A stretch of 64,000 nucleotides of DNA from Candidatus Undivivens industriae (GCA_012514745.1 JAAYZR010000030.1:5946-69945), one strand, 5' to 3'. Shown: positions 48,419-59,506, counted from the first letter of the stretch. Numbers and translations are program-made. The notes: generated from the letters alone by a model not told the origin.

Positions 48419-49395
48419 ATCTTCATCGCCCTCCTGGTTTCTTCGAGCGTGGCCGCGGCGACTGCCGAGGCCTTGGCGGCGCCTTCCTTGAGCACGTCTT
48501 CTATGTACCCGGATCTATTCAACAGTTCCGTCCTTTTCTCCCTCAGAGGGGAGAGTATCACGCCGAGTTTCGCGGCGAGCATCTTTTTGCATTCCGTGCA
48601 CCCTATGGATGCATTCCGGCAGGAGTCCGCGGTCTCCAGCGCCTTCTCGGGCCAGAAGACCGAGTAATAGGAAAAGACGCTGCACACTTCCGGGTGGCCT
48701 TTATCCGATCTGCGCACGCGCGCCGGATCGGTAACCATTGAAGAGACTTTGGCGGAAACGGCAGCGTCGTCGTCGGAAAGATAAACGGCGTTGCCGTAAC
48801 TCTTGCTCATCTTCCTGCCGTCCAGGCCGGGCAGGCGCGGGCTGTCGGTCAGAAGCGCGCCGGGCTCGGGGAATACCGCGCAACCGTAAAGGCTGTTGAA
48901 CCTGCGGGCGATCTCCCTGGTAAGCTCCAGATGAGGAAGCTGGTCCTCTCCGACCGGCACTTTGTCCGCCTTGTAGAGAAGTATGTCGGCGGCCTGCAGA
49001 ACGGGATAACCGAGAAAACCGTAAGTGTTGAGGTCGCGGGTGTTCACTTCCCGCAGCTGCTCTTTGTAAGTGGGACACCGCTCAAGCCAGCCGAGGGGAA
49101 CTAAACAGGAAAGGATCATGTTCAGGTCGAGGTGTTGTCCGACCCTGGATTGTATGAAGACACTGCTTTTGGAAGGATCGATGCCCGCGCTAAGCCAGTC
49201 TGCGACGTTATCGATTATGTTCCCCGGCATGAGCGACGGGTCTTCATATTCACCCATCAGGGCGTGCCAGTCGGCTGCCATAAAGAAACATCTGTATTCT
49301 TCCTGGAGCTTAACCCAGTTGGCGAGCGCGCCGACAAGATGCCCCAGGTGGAGTTTTCCGGTAGGACGTATGCCGCTCAATATAGTCTGCTTCAT
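48415..49395 (-). CDS. trpS: tryptophan--tRNA ligase
   Basis: HIGH-type motif (GKLHLGH) and KMSKS; 326 aa. Confidence 0.95.
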   Translation of the reverse strand: MKQTILSGIRPTGKLHLGHLVGALANWVKLQEEYRCFFMAADWHALMGEYEDPSLMPGNIIDNVADWLSAGIDPSKSSVFIQSRVGQHLDLNMILSCLVPLGWLERCPTYKEQLREVNTRDLNTYGFLGYPVLQAADILLYKADKVPVGEDQLPHLELTREIARRFNSLYGCAVFPEPGALLTDSPRLPGLDGRKMSKSYGNAVYLSDDDAAVSAKVSSMVTDPARVRRSDKGHPEVCSVFSYYSVFWPEKALETADSCRNASIGCTECKKMLAAKLGVILSPLREKRTELLNRSGYIEDVLKEGAAKASAVAAATLEETRRAMKI

Positions 49396-49423
49396 AGAAC
49401 AGGTGCCGCCTTTTAAAGAAGCG

Positions 49424-51610
49424 CTAAAGTTTTCTGGCGATCCTTTCGATGTCGTACGTCTCGATGACGTCGCCCTCCTGGAAAGCGTCGAAACCGGCCA
49501 GTGAGATACCGCATTCGAATCCTTCGTTAACTTCCTTAACGTCGTCCTTGAAACGCTTCACCGAAGAGATCTTCCCTTCGTAAACCTGTTCTCCGTTGCG
49601 CAAGAGAGAAGCCGCGGCGTTCCTCTGTATGCGCCCCTTGACCACCATGCAGCCGGCGATCGTCCCTCCCCTGGAAAGCCGGAATACCTTACGCACATCC
49701 ACCCTGCCCTGGAATATTTTCTTCAGTTTCGGTTCCAGCATCCCCTCCAGAGCGGCTTTTATCTCGTTGCCGAGCTCGTAAATTATGTTGTATATCCTTA
49801 TGTCCACGCCTTCCCTGGCGGCCATATCCTTGGCCATATCGTCCGCGGAAACATTGAACCCCATAACCAGGGCGTCGGAGGCCGCCGCCAGCACCACATC
49901 GGAGGAATTTATGTTGCCCACACCGGCGTGCATTATCTCCATCTTGATCTCATCCACCGCCGTCTTTACTATGATGTCCTTGATCGCTTCCAGCGAACCC
50001 TGGGTGTCGCCTTTGATGATCAACTTGAGCTCTTTGACGATGCCTTCTTTTATCTTGGCGTGCAGGTCCTCCAGACTGATACGTTTGGGCGCCTTGACCT
50101 GGCGCAGGCGTTCCTCCTCCTGCCTCTTCAAAGCGATATTCCTGGCGGCCTTTTCGTCCGGCACAACGAAAAACTGTTCGCCGGCCTGCGGCACACCGGA
50201 CAACCCGAGTATCTCCACCGGGAACGAAGGAGGCGCCGACTGGACGTTGCGGCCGTGGTCGTCGAACATCGCCTTCACCTTACCGTATTGCTTACCGATG
50301 ATGATGGTATCGTTGGCGTTCAGGGTCCCTTCCCGGACCAGCAGGGTGCAGACTGTTCCGCGGTGCCTGCTGAGCTCCGCTTCCAACACTATGCCTTTCG
50401 CAGGCTTGCCGGGATTGGCTTTCAATTCGAGCATCTGCGCTTCCAGAAGTATCATCTCCAGCAGATCATCTATGCCCTGACCGGTCTTCGCGGAAACCGG
50501 AACGGTAATGGTCTTGCCTCCCCAGTCCTCCGGGGACAGGTTCATATCGGCCAATTGTTTCTTTACTCTGTCCAGGTTGGCCTGGGCCTTGTCCACCTTG
50601 TTCAGGGCCGCGATAATGGAGACCCCGGCCGCGCGGCTATGGTCTATCGCCTCCACGGTCTGCGGCATAACCCCGTCGTCGGCGGCGACGACAAGCACCA
50701 CTATGTCGGTAACGCCGGCCCCGCGGGCGCGCATCGCGGTGAATGCCTCATGACCTGGAGTATCTATGAAAGTTATCTCGCCGTTATTCAGTACCACGCG
50801 GTAGGCGCTCATATGCTGGGTAATGCCTCCATGCTCCGAATCCGCCACCTTCGTCTTCCTGATGGCGTCCAGCAGCGACGTTTTACCGTGGTCGACGTGC
50901 CCCATAAACGTAACTATAGGAGCGCGCGGCTTCAACAGTTCTTTTCTGTCCGGCGCGCTGTGCATGCCCAGAGCGGTTTCCTCCACGCCCGGGGCCGGAA
51001 CGAACTTGAATCTGTATTTCGCGCAGAGCCGGCAAACCGTCGGTTCATCGAGCAACTGATTTATGGTCGCCATGATCCTCATATCCATAAGGCTTTTAAG
51101 AAGGACGGAAGGTTTTTCCTGCATCTTCACCGCCAGATCCTTCACGGCGATAGGTATCTCCAGGAACAGTTCTCTTTCTTGCGATTCTTCCTGAACCTGC
51201 GTAACGGATTCCGGTGCGGGAGCCGGGATCTTCTTCTCTTCAGCCGGCGCGACCGGCTTGACCGGCACCTGGTCTTTGACCGCCGGCTGCCGGGCCTGCG
51301 CCGTCACCGCAGCAATTTTATGCTCCGGGACAGCCTTTGTTGCCTGCGGTTTGTTTTCTCCGGACTTTGCCGGCGCGGCGGGAGCGACAGCAGGTAAAGC
51401 GGCCGCGGGAGCGGTCTTCTTACGCGCAGCGGTGACCCGCTTGCGCGCCGGTTTAACGGCGGCCTGCGGCGCTTCTTTTTTCTTTATGCTGCGTTTCGCG
51501 GGCTTGGCTGCGGGCGTCTTTACGGCGGCCTTCTTGGGAACGGCGGCGCTTTTCTTCAAATCCCTGGGCTCTTCCTTTTTCTCTTTTTTCGTATCTTTCT
51601 TTTTGGTCAT
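49424..51610 (-). CDS. infB: translation initiation factor IF-2
   Basis: Lys/Ala/Pro-rich N-terminus, G domain (GHVDHGKT; DTPGH; NKVD) and C-terminal beta barrels; 728 aa. Confidence 0.95.
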   Translation of the reverse strand: MTKKKDTKKEKKEEPRDLKKSAAVPKKAAVKTPAAKPAKRSIKKKEAPQAAVKPARKRVTAARKKTAPAAALPAVAPAAPAKSGENKPQATKAVPEHKIAAVTAQARQPAVKDQVPVKPVAPAEEKKIPAPAPESVTQVQEESQERELFLEIPIAVKDLAVKMQEKPSVLLKSLMDMRIMATINQLLDEPTVCRLCAKYRFKFVPAPGVEETALGMHSAPDRKELLKPRAPIVTFMGHVDHGKTSLLDAIRKTKVADSEHGGITQHMSAYRVVLNNGEITFIDTPGHEAFTAMRARGAGVTDIVVLVVAADDGVMPQTVEAIDHSRAAGVSIIAALNKVDKAQANLDRVKKQLADMNLSPEDWGGKTITVPVSAKTGQGIDDLLEMILLEAQMLELKANPGKPAKGIVLEAELSRHRGTVCTLLVREGTLNANDTIIIGKQYGKVKAMFDDHGRNVQSAPPSFPVEILGLSGVPQAGEQFFVVPDEKAARNIALKRQEEERLRQVKAPKRISLEDLHAKIKEGIVKELKLIIKGDTQGSLEAIKDIIVKTAVDEIKMEIMHAGVGNINSSDVVLAAASDALVMGFNVSADDMAKDMAAREGVDIRIYNIIYELGNEIKAALEGMLEPKLKKIFQGRVDVRKVFRLSRGGTIAGCMVVKGRIQRNAAASLLRNGEQVYEGKISSVKRFKDDVKEVNEGFECGISLAGFDAFQEGDVIETYDIERIARKL

Positions 51611-51644
51611 ATCGGTAAAATCTCTCGGTTCAACACGCTGAACT

Positions 51645-52877
51645 CTATTTATTTAAAAGACCTTTCGCTTCGGTTATGAGTTTCTCCGCTTTCTTCTCTC
51701 CTATTCCCTTGACTTTAACCAGATCCTCGATCGCAGCCCCGGCTATGTCGCTCAGAGAATTGAATCCGGCCTCTTTCAGGACCGCGACGGTCTTTTCTCC
51801 GGCTCCCGGCAGGGACTTCAGTCCCGCCCCTTCTTCCTCCTCGGGCGCTCCATCTCCGGCCTGGACCTGAGAGAAAACGGTCTCGGCGGCCTCCGGGGCG
51901 CTCGTCTCTCCCGCCGCTTTGTTCTCACCCTCCAAAAGGCTGCTCTTGGTGCGGATATCAAGCTCCCAGCCGATCAGCTTGGAGGCCAGACGCACATTCT
52001 GGCCGTGCTTGCCTATGGCCAGGGACAACTGATCGTCGTCAACTATGACCTGCGCTTTCAGATTCTCCTTATCGAGTTTGATCTCGCTGATCTTTGCCGG
52101 CGAAAGCGCGGCTTTTATGTATTCGCGGATGTCTTCGTTATACCTGACTATGTCTATCTTTTCCCCGCCGAGTTCGTTTACGATGTTGCGCACGCGGTTG
52201 CCGCGCATGCCCACGCAGGCGCCCACGGAATCGACCTTATCGTTCTTGGACCAGACGGCAATCTTGGTGCGCTCCCCGGCCTGTCTGGCTATGGACTTCA
52301 TCTCCACTATGCCGTCGAAGATCTCCGGGACCTCCAGTTCGAAGAACTTCTTCACCATATTGGGATGGGCCCTGGAAAGTATGATCTGCGGCCCTTTGGT
52401 CTCTTTCCTGACTTCCACCACATAGGCCCTGATGCGCTGCCCCTGCTTGAACTCCTCCCGGCTGGACTGTTCCCTTTTGGGGAGTATCCCTTCCGCTTTG
52501 CCCAGCAGATCTACAATGATGTTGCCTTTCTCGAACCTGTAAACGGTGCCGGAAACGATCTCTCCCACCCTGCCGTTGAACTCGCTGAAAATTACCTCCT
52601 TTTCAGCCTCCCGGATCTTCTGTATGATCACCTGCCTGGCGGTGGATGCCGCGATGCGGCCGAAATCTATAGAGTCTATCTCCTTACCGTCCCTGAAAGC
52701 CTTTATCCTGCCGTTCTTGGGATCTATCTCAACGGTGATATTGTCTTCCTGCTCGGCGTCCAGCACTTTGCGCGCCGCGCTGACGAGAGCGCTCTGCACG
52801 GCTTCCAGCAGGACTTCCTTCTTTATCCCTTTTTCTCTTTCAATCTGTTCTATTATAGCAACCAATTCCTGACTCAT
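51645..52877 (-). CDS. nusA: transcription termination/antitermination protein NusA
   Basis: N-terminal domain, S1, KH1/KH2 and C-terminal acidic HhH repeats; 410 aa. Located upstream of infB. Confidence 0.95.
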   Translation of the reverse strand: MSQELVAIIEQIEREKGIKKEVLLEAVQSALVSAARKVLDAEQEDNITVEIDPKNGRIKAFRDGKEIDSIDFGRIAASTARQVIIQKIREAEKEVIFSEFNGRVGEIVSGTVYRFEKGNIIVDLLGKAEGILPKREQSSREEFKQGQRIRAYVVEVRKETKGPQIILSRAHPNMVKKFFELEVPEIFDGIVEMKSIARQAGERTKIAVWSKNDKVDSVGACVGMRGNRVRNIVNELGGEKIDIVRYNEDIREYIKAALSPAKISEIKLDKENLKAQVIVDDDQLSLAIGKHGQNVRLASKLIGWELDIRTKSSLLEGENKAAGETSAPEAAETVFSQVQAGDGAPEEEEGAGLKSLPGAGEKTVAVLKEAGFNSLSDIAGAAIEDLVKVKGIGEKKAEKLITEAKGLLNK

Positions 52878-52883
52878 ACCAAA

Positions 52884-53363
52884 TCACTCCCTATTGCTGT
52901 TCAACACCTGTTTTGCCATATTTATGATCCCGAAAGGCACATTTACCGCTTTGCCGTTGATCTCAGTTTCAACGTGTTCCTCACAAACCTGTTTCAAGGT
53001 GCCTTCCGGCTCCACTTTACCGCAAACAGGCTCTTTGAGAAAGAAATGCACAAGCGCTCCCCTGCATCTGGAAAAGTCGCTGCGGGTCCGCAGGGGCCTG
53101 TCCGCTCCCGGAGAAGAAACCTCCAGGGAATAATCCAGGCCGCCCGCCTCCTCGAATGCCGCGTCGATGGCGAGCGCCAGTTCCCGGTTGGCGCCGGCGC
53201 ACTCGTACATGCTTATGCCGCCCTCGCGCCTATCCGCGAGTATACGCAAAGCAAAATTCCGCCCTTCAACACGACAGGAATATTCCACTATCTCCAGGCC
53301 GCGTCCGCCGAAATATTCCTCAACCAGAGTTTTTAAACGCGTTTCTATGCCCCATTCTCCCAT
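52884..53363 (-). CDS. rimP: ribosome maturation factor RimP
   Basis: LEVSSPGADRPL motif; 159 aa. Located upstream of nusA, as is canonical. Confidence 0.8.
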   Translation of the reverse strand: MGEWGIETRLKTLVEEYFGGRGLEIVEYSCRVEGRNFALRILADRREGGISMYECAGANRELALAIDAAFEEAGGLDYSLEVSSPGADRPLRTRSDFSRCRGALVHFFLKEPVCGKVEPEGTLKQVCEEHVETEINGKAVNVPFGIINMAKQVLNSNRE

Positions 53364-53379
53364 TTTAACAGAAACCCTC

Positions 53380-54618
53380 TTAAGAATCCAGCACCCTTTT
53401 ATAAATTTCCTCTTTGCCGGCCAGAATTTTCTCGCTGCTTCCGCGCGCCTTCAGCTCCAGCCTGCCGCTGCCTGCCGCCTCTTTACCGACAATTATCTGC
53501 AGCGGGAAACCCAGGAGCTCGGCGTCCTTGAATTTAACGCCGGCGCGCTCTTGACGGTCGTCCAGAATGACCTCCACGCCGCGCGAGGAAAGATCGTTGT
53601 AAACCTCGCAGGCCTTGGCGGCAATAACAGGATTGGTCATATCCAGCGCGGAGATCACCACCTTGTAAGGGCTGATCTGCCCGGGCCAGACGATCCCGGC
53701 CTGATCGTGGTTCTGTTCTATCACGGCGGCCATCAGACGGGACACGCCGATCCCGTAACATCCCATTATTATCGGATGCTGTTTACCGTCCTCATCCGTG
53801 AAATTGGCCCCCAGCGCCGCGCTGTATTTGGTCCCGAGCTTGAAGATGTGCCCGATCTCCAGCGTGCCGTGTTTCTGCATCTCCGCTCCGCATGACGGAC
53901 ATTTTCGCTCTTCGCCGGAAGCCGGGTATGTTTTCTCGCAGCAAGAACAACAGAATACGCTGTCCTCTCCGCTGGCCGCCGGCACCATGAATTCATGCGA
54001 CACCTTGCCTCCCATGACCCCGGAATCCGCCTCCACCGCCATTACCTTCAGACCGCAGGAAGCGAATATGCGCAAATAGGCTTCATACATATTACGGTAA
54101 TTCTTCTCCAGGCCCTCCTCGTCGCGGTCGAAACTGTAGGCGTCTTTCATTATGAACTCGCAGGACCGGACCACCCCGAAACGCGGACGGATCTCGTCGC
54201 GGTATTTGGTCTGTATCTGGTAAAGCACCACCGGAAGCTGACGGTAGGAATTCACGGTAGAACGCACCAAGTCGGTAATCACCTCTTCATGCGTCGGACC
54301 GAGGCATATATTACGGCCTCTCCTGTCTACGAACCTGATCATAATATCGGCAATATCTTTCTCACGGCCGGACCTCGTCCAGAGGTCTATAGGCTGCAGG
54401 GCCGGTAAAAGCAGTTCCGCCGCCCCGGCGAGATCCATCTCGCGCCGCACCAGGCGGCAGATATTGTTCAGCACGCGCAGGCCCAGCGGTAAATATGAAT
54501 AGACCCCGGAAACGAGCATGCGTATCAATCCCGCTCTCAGCATCAACTGGTGGCTGACCGACTCCGCTTCCTGCGGGGTCTCTTTAAGAGTGGGGATGAA
54601 TGACTTCGTCCATAACAT
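53380..54618 (-). CDS. proS: proline--tRNA ligase (bacterial type lacking the INS editing domain; Cys-rich mini-insertion)
   Basis: Class II motifs 1-3 and anticodon-binding domain are present, but the protein is only 412 aa (bacterial ProS with INS is usually about 570). The stretch FCCSCCEKTYPASGEERKCPSCGAEMQKH sits where INS would be. Confidence 0.85.
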   Translation of the reverse strand: MLWTKSFIPTLKETPQEAESVSHQLMLRAGLIRMLVSGVYSYLPLGLRVLNNICRLVRREMDLAGAAELLLPALQPIDLWTRSGREKDIADIMIRFVDRRGRNICLGPTHEEVITDLVRSTVNSYRQLPVVLYQIQTKYRDEIRPRFGVVRSCEFIMKDAYSFDRDEEGLEKNYRNMYEAYLRIFASCGLKVMAVEADSGVMGGKVSHEFMVPAASGEDSVFCCSCCEKTYPASGEERKCPSCGAEMQKHGTLEIGHIFKLGTKYSAALGANFTDEDGKQHPIIMGCYGIGVSRLMAAVIEQNHDQAGIVWPGQISPYKVVISALDMTNPVIAAKACEVYNDLSSRGVEVILDDRQERAGVKFKDAELLGFPLQIIVGKEAAGSGRLELKARGSSEKILAGKEEIYKRVLDS

Positions 54619-54646
54619 AACCGGATCCTTTTATTCTATGCGCCGA

Positions 54647-55699
54647 CTATCCGCTCATCTTTCTTATCTCAGACAAAAGCGCCGGCAGGCAATTTTCGTA
54701 TTTGACTTTTCCGCAGGGCTTACCGGATTTGAAAAGCAGTCCCTCGTTTTTGCCGAAAGCGATGCCTATATCGGCAGCGGAAGCCTCTCCTGGGCCGTTT
54801 ACCACGCAACCCATCACGGCGATCTTGAGGTGCCTGCCTCTGTGCACAGGCATGCCGGAGATCGCCCGCCCAAGCTCCCTGACCGTCCCGGCGAGATCCA
54901 CTTCGCACCTGCCGCATGTCGGACAGCTTATTACCTCATGGCCGAAGGTGCGCGCTCCCGCGGCCTCCAGGATAAGCTTGGCCGCCCTGACTTCCTGCTG
55001 AGGGGTATCTGTAAGCGATACTCTCATTGTATCACCGATCCCGTTCAATAGCAATGCCCCTATGGCGACTGAAGACTTGACAAGGCCATGCTCCGGCAGG
55101 CCGGTGGCGGTGACCCCCAGATGCAGGGGATAATCGCATAAAGAGGACATCCGGGTGTAAGCATCGACGGTCTCCCCCGCCGAAGAGGCCTTGAGCGAAA
55201 CCACCATCCGCGACAACCCTTCATCCTCAAGGATACGCAGGTAATACAAAGCCCCTCTTACCATACGGGAGACCGTATCCCCTTTCCCGGCCGGTAGAGA
55301 CCCTGAATTTATACCCAGGCGCACGGCGACGCCGGCTGAGAGAGCGGCCGCGGCGACCTGCGCCAGATTCTTCCTGTCGCTGATATTGCCGGGATTTATC
55401 CTGATCTTGTCCACGCCGCTGCGTATCGCCTCCAGCGCCAGGCGCCAGTCGAAATGTATGTCGGCCACCACCGGCATTTTCGTCAGGCGTTTTATCCTGC
55501 GCAGCGCCAGCGCGTCCTCTGCGTCCTTGACGGAAAGACGGATTATCTCGCAGCCTTCCTTTTCCAACAGGCGCAGTTGAGCGGCGACCTTGCCGACGCA
55601 AGAGGTCCTGACTTTGGTCATGGATTGTATCGCCACCGGGTTGTTGCCGCCGATCCGCACCCCGCCGATCCGTACCGTCCTGGTCTTGCGTCTTTTCAT
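54647..55699 (-). CDS. ispG: 4-hydroxy-3-methylbut-2-en-1-yl diphosphate synthase
   Basis: GcpE TIM barrel (RIGGNNPVAIQSMT) and the C-terminal 4Fe-4S Cys motif (CPTCGRC ... GCVVNGPGE). The start is at MKRRKTRTVRIG (55697-55699, GAGGG RBS). I rejected the 125-codon N-terminal extension in the track. Confidence 0.85.
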   Translation of the reverse strand: MKRRKTRTVRIGGVRIGGNNPVAIQSMTKVRTSCVGKVAAQLRLLEKEGCEIIRLSVKDAEDALALRRIKRLTKMPVVADIHFDWRLALEAIRSGVDKIRINPGNISDRKNLAQVAAAALSAGVAVRLGINSGSLPAGKGDTVSRMVRGALYYLRILEDEGLSRMVVSLKASSAGETVDAYTRMSSLCDYPLHLGVTATGLPEHGLVKSSVAIGALLLNGIGDTMRVSLTDTPQQEVRAAKLILEAAGARTFGHEVISCPTCGRCEVDLAGTVRELGRAISGMPVHRGRHLKIAVMGCVVNGPGEASAADIGIAFGKNEGLLFKSGKPCGKVKYENCLPALLSEIRKMSG

Positions 55700-55725
55700 C
55701 TTATCCCTCTTTTCGCAACCGCCGT

Positions 55726-56793
55726 TCATCGGAAAAAGTGTTTGATCCTGTCGCCGAAGAATCTCAATACGTCGTTGTACGTCACGAACACCGCCATCAG
55801 TATAAGGGCATACATACCCGCATTGCCGACAATGTTCTCCGCCCTTGCCGAAAGCGGCCGGCCGCGCAGTTTTTCCAGCAGAAGGAACGCCAGATGCCCT
55901 CCGTCGAGCACCGGGAACGGAAGAAGGTTGAATATGGCCAGGCTGAGGCTCAGCACCGCGGCCAGACTCAACACCGCGCTTATCCCGACGCTGACCGCCT
56001 TGGAGGTTATCACGAATATGCCGACAGGCCCGGTCACTGAATCCCGCAGCGACAACCTGCCGGTTATCATCCACCAGAACGCTTTATACGTCAATACCGT
56101 CAACTCTCCCGAACGCAGGACGCCCTGGCGCACGGATTCGAGGAAACCGCGTTTTATCACCACCGTTTCTTCCGCAGGAGAAACCCCAAGGAAGGCCCCG
56201 GGCTTTATCCCTGCTTCGGGGCCGGCCTTAAGCCGGACATCCAGTTCAAGACTCTTCCCGTCCCTGTCAACAACCACCAGCGCGTTAGCGGAAGACTGTT
56301 TGAGCCGCACCAACCGCTGAATATCCTCCCAGTAAAGGGTCTTGCTCCCGTCTATGGAAATTATCCTGTCCCCTTTCAGCATGCCGGCCGCCTGCGCCCC
56401 GTAACCGTCCAAGACCAGGCCGACCTTCGTGCCGAGAGACGGATAACCGATCCAGAAAACCAGGATGAAACAGATTATCCCGGTGAGATAATTCATAAAG
56501 GGTCCGCAGGCTACTATCAAGGCGCGTTTGAACACCGGCTGGGAACAATATTCGTCCCTGCCGCCTTTCGCCTCCCCGGCCGCGTCGCCGGCCATCTTAA
56601 CGAACCCGCCGAGCGGCACGGCACAAAGCGAATATAAGGTGCCGTTAACCGTCCTGCTGAACAGAACCGGGCCGAACCCCAGCGAAAATCTTTCCACCCT
56701 CACCCCGGCGCGCTTCGCCATCAGAAAATGCCCCGATTCATGCACGAAGATGAGCACGCCGAGAAGTATAACGAAAGTCAGCAGGGAAAACAT
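55726..56793 (-). CDS. rseP: RIP zinc metalloprotease RseP (site-2 protease)
   Basis: HESGHF (HExxH) in TM1, a PDZ domain and the LDG motif (LPFPVLDGGHL); 355 aa. Confidence 0.85.
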   Translation of the reverse strand: MFSLLTFVILLGVLIFVHESGHFLMAKRAGVRVERFSLGFGPVLFSRTVNGTLYSLCAVPLGGFVKMAGDAAGEAKGGRDEYCSQPVFKRALIVACGPFMNYLTGIICFILVFWIGYPSLGTKVGLVLDGYGAQAAGMLKGDRIISIDGSKTLYWEDIQRLVRLKQSSANALVVVDRDGKSLELDVRLKAGPEAGIKPGAFLGVSPAEETVVIKRGFLESVRQGVLRSGELTVLTYKAFWWMITGRLSLRDSVTGPVGIFVITSKAVSVGISAVLSLAAVLSLSLAIFNLLPFPVLDGGHLAFLLLEKLRGRPLSARAENIVGNAGMYALILMAVFVTYNDVLRFFGDRIKHFFR

Positions 56794-56796
56794 ATT

Positions 56797-57957
56797 TTAT
56801 TTACGCCTCCTGCGGAGGAAATACTCCGCCTTCTGTCTGGCCCAGGCGTCGGCCTCCAAGACCGCTTCCAGGGAACCGTCTCCCCGGTCTTTGTGCGCCT
56901 CCATTACCAAAGAAACCACGGCCGGGATGTCCATAAAACCTATTCCGCCGGAGATGAAAGCCGCCACGCAGGATTCATTCGCGGCGTTCATTACAGCCGG
57001 CAGTGTGCCTCCCCGGCGCGCGGCCGCGTAGGCCAGCCCCAGGCAAGGAAACCGCCTGAAATCCGGCTTCTCGAAATTAAGCCTGCCGAGCCTGGGAAAA
57101 TCGAGCCTGCCCGCTATATTATCCGACCTCTCCGGATAGGAAAAAGCGTACTGTATCGGTATGCGCATATCCGGGACAGAAAGCTGGGCGATGACACTGC
57201 CGTCCCTGAACTCAACCATGGAATGCACCACCGCTTCGGGGTGCACCACGACGCGGATGTCGTCGCAGGAGGCGCCGAACAGATGCATCGCTTCTATTAC
57301 CTCCAGCCCTTTGTTCATCAGCGTGGCGGAGTCCACGGTGATCTTCCTGCCCATCTTCCAGCGCGGGTGGCGCAGGACCTCTTTAAGCCCGGCGCGGCGC
57401 AAATCCGATACGCTCATGCCGCGTAAAGGGCCGCCGGACGCCGTCAGGTATATTCTCTCGAAACCGCGGGAGGGATTACAGGAGAGGCACTGCCATATCG
57501 CGGATTGTTCGCTGTCAACCGGCAGGATACGAGCCTTATTCTTCGCGCCGAGCTTCATTACGCGCCGGCCGGCCATCACCAGGGCCTCTTTATTTGCCAG
57601 CGCGACGTCTATACCGCGCTTCAGGATTTCCATTAAAGGCATTAAGGCCGCGGCCCCGCCGACGGCGACCAGCACAATATCCGCCCTGCTCTTCTCGAGC
57701 GCCGCGGGGAAACTCTCGGGCCCCGCGAAAACGCTTTTCCCGCCCGCGGCGTTCCCGCAGACAAAACGCCCGGCCGCCGCCTTGTCTCCTATCCAGACCG
57801 CAGGCGGTCTGAAGACTCCGGACTGGCGCGCCAGAAGGCCCACGCTCGAATTAGCCCCAAGACCAACGAGACGGAACTCATCGGGACGGCTCCCGATTAC
57901 ATCGAGAGCCGCCGTTCCGATGGAACCGGTAGACCCCAGGACGAAAATCCTTTTCAT
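56797..57957 (-). CDS. dxr: 1-deoxy-D-xylulose 5-phosphate reductoisomerase
   Basis: NADPH-binding LGSTGSIG and the catalytic region; 386 aa. Confidence 0.95.
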   Translation of the reverse strand: MKRIFVLGSTGSIGTAALDVIGSRPDEFRLVGLGANSSVGLLARQSGVFRPPAVWIGDKAAAGRFVCGNAAGGKSVFAGPESFPAALEKSRADIVLVAVGGAAALMPLMEILKRGIDVALANKEALVMAGRRVMKLGAKNKARILPVDSEQSAIWQCLSCNPSRGFERIYLTASGGPLRGMSVSDLRRAGLKEVLRHPRWKMGRKITVDSATLMNKGLEVIEAMHLFGASCDDIRVVVHPEAVVHSMVEFRDGSVIAQLSVPDMRIPIQYAFSYPERSDNIAGRLDFPRLGRLNFEKPDFRRFPCLGLAYAAARRGGTLPAVMNAANESCVAAFISGGIGFMDIPAVVSLVMEAHKDRGDGSLEAVLEADAWARQKAEYFLRRRRK

Positions 57958-57961
57958 AAAA

Positions 57962-58789
57962 TCAGCGGTATGTGTTGAACGTCAGATAAAAATAGAAAAC
58001 CGGAGCGGTAAAGATCAAACTGTCAACGACATCCAGTATGCCTCCCATGCCCGGGAAGAAATTTCCGGAGTCCTTGACCTGGCAGTCGCGTTTTACGAGG
58101 GATTCGGAAAGGTCGCCCAACTGAGCCAGTATCCCCAGGCTGGTGCCGATGAACAAAAGTTGCGGAAGCGTCATGGGAAGCTTCAACAGCATGCCGCCGA
58201 CCGTCCCGGCGGCGGCGCTGAAGAGCAGGCCGCCCACCGCCCCTTCCACCGACTTGCGCGGGCTGATGCGGGGAAGAAGCGGGGTCCTGCCGAAACGCCT
58301 CCCGATCAGGTACGCACCGATGTCCCCTCCTTTGGCGATCAACAGAAGCACGACGATAAGCCCCAGGCCTCCCTCCATATACCGTATTTTTATCAGAAAA
58401 CTCAAGAACCAGGCGATGTATATTATACCGAAAATGGTCACGGAGATATCAACAATCGCCCCCGAATTGTCCCTGCGGCTGAACTGCAGGATTATCAGAG
58501 TCAGCAGCCCGGCAGCCAGGAAGAACAGCTCCCACCCCCGCGTCAGCTCGAAACGCAGCATTATCGAAAACGGTATCACCGCCCCCACCAGTATGCCGAA
58601 ACGCTTGTATATCTTCAATCCCTTCTTTTCCAGCATACCGAAGAACTCCCGGAGGGCGGCGGCAACGATAAAAGTTACTGCGAGTCCGCAGACCCAGTCC
58701 ACCGCCGCGGCCGCGGCGGTACCGGCAATCAGCACTAAAGAACTGAATATCCTTTTTTTCAATGTATTATCCTTGTGTAATGCAGGCAT
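57962..58789 (-). CDS. cdsA: phosphatidate cytidylyltransferase
   Basis: Multi-TM protein with the CTP-transferase signature (DIGAYLIGRRFGR; GGILDVVDS); 275 aa. Confidence 0.85.
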   Translation of the reverse strand: MPALHKDNTLKKRIFSSLVLIAGTAAAAAVDWVCGLAVTFIVAAALREFFGMLEKKGLKIYKRFGILVGAVIPFSIMLRFELTRGWELFFLAAGLLTLIILQFSRRDNSGAIVDISVTIFGIIYIAWFLSFLIKIRYMEGGLGLIVVLLLIAKGGDIGAYLIGRRFGRTPLLPRISPRKSVEGAVGGLLFSAAAGTVGGMLLKLPMTLPQLLFIGTSLGILAQLGDLSESLVKRDCQVKDSGNFFPGMGGILDVVDSLIFTAPVFYFYLTFNTYR

Positions 58790-58804
58790 TATCTCCCCGC
58801 CTTC

Positions 58805-59506
58805 CTAAAGGCTGCCGAATCTGCGCTGCCGGCGCGCGTAGTTTTTAAGAGCCTTCTCAAACTCTTTCGCCCCGAAATCCGGCCAGAAAGTTTCCGTAAA
58901 ATAAATCTCGCAATAAGAAAGCTGCCAGAGCATAAAATTACTCAGGCGCATCTCACCGCTGGTGCGGATAAGCAGGTCCGGGTCCGGGATACCGGCCGTA
59001 TAAAGATACCCGCCGAATCTTTCCTCGTCCAGCTCGAAGGAGACGGCGCCGTTTTTCAGGACATCCAGCGCGTATTTACCGGCCGCGTCCATGATCTCCT
59101 GCCTGCCGCCGTAGTTGAAAGCCAGGACAACGGTCATCCCGGTGTTGCCGGTTGTCTTGGCCTGAAAGCTCTCGAGTTTGTCGGCAAGATACCTCGGCAA
59201 ACCTTCTTTTCTGCCTATCACGCGGAACCTGATGTTGCGGTTCAGCAGTTTCTCGGCCCTGCCCGTCAGGAAATTGTATAACAGCCGCATCAGCATACCG
59301 ACTTCCTGCTTCGGTCTGGACCAGTTCTCCGTGGAGAAGGCGAACAGGGTAAGAATTTTAACCCCCATGCGCGAAGCGGCGTTGATAATCTCGTCCACCC
59401 TTTTTACGCCCTGGCGGTGGCCGTGGCTGCGCGCCAGTCCGCGTTCGCCTGCCCAGCGGCCGTTACCGTCCATTATTATCGCGACATGCGCAGGTATCTT
59501 GTCCAT
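58805..59506 (-). CDS. uppS: isoprenyl transferase (undecaprenyl diphosphate synthase type)
   Basis: HVAIIMDGNGRWA motif and cis-IPPS fold; 233 aa. Confidence 0.9.
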   Translation of the reverse strand: MDKIPAHVAIIMDGNGRWAGERGLARSHGHRQGVKRVDEIINAASRMGVKILTLFAFSTENWSRPKQEVGMLMRLLYNFLTGRAEKLLNRNIRFRVIGRKEGLPRYLADKLESFQAKTTGNTGMTVVLAFNYGGRQEIMDAAGKYALDVLKNGAVSFELDEERFGGYLYTAGIPDPDLLIRTSGEMRLSNFMLWQLSYCEIYFTETFWPDFGAKEFEKALKNYARRQRRFGSL

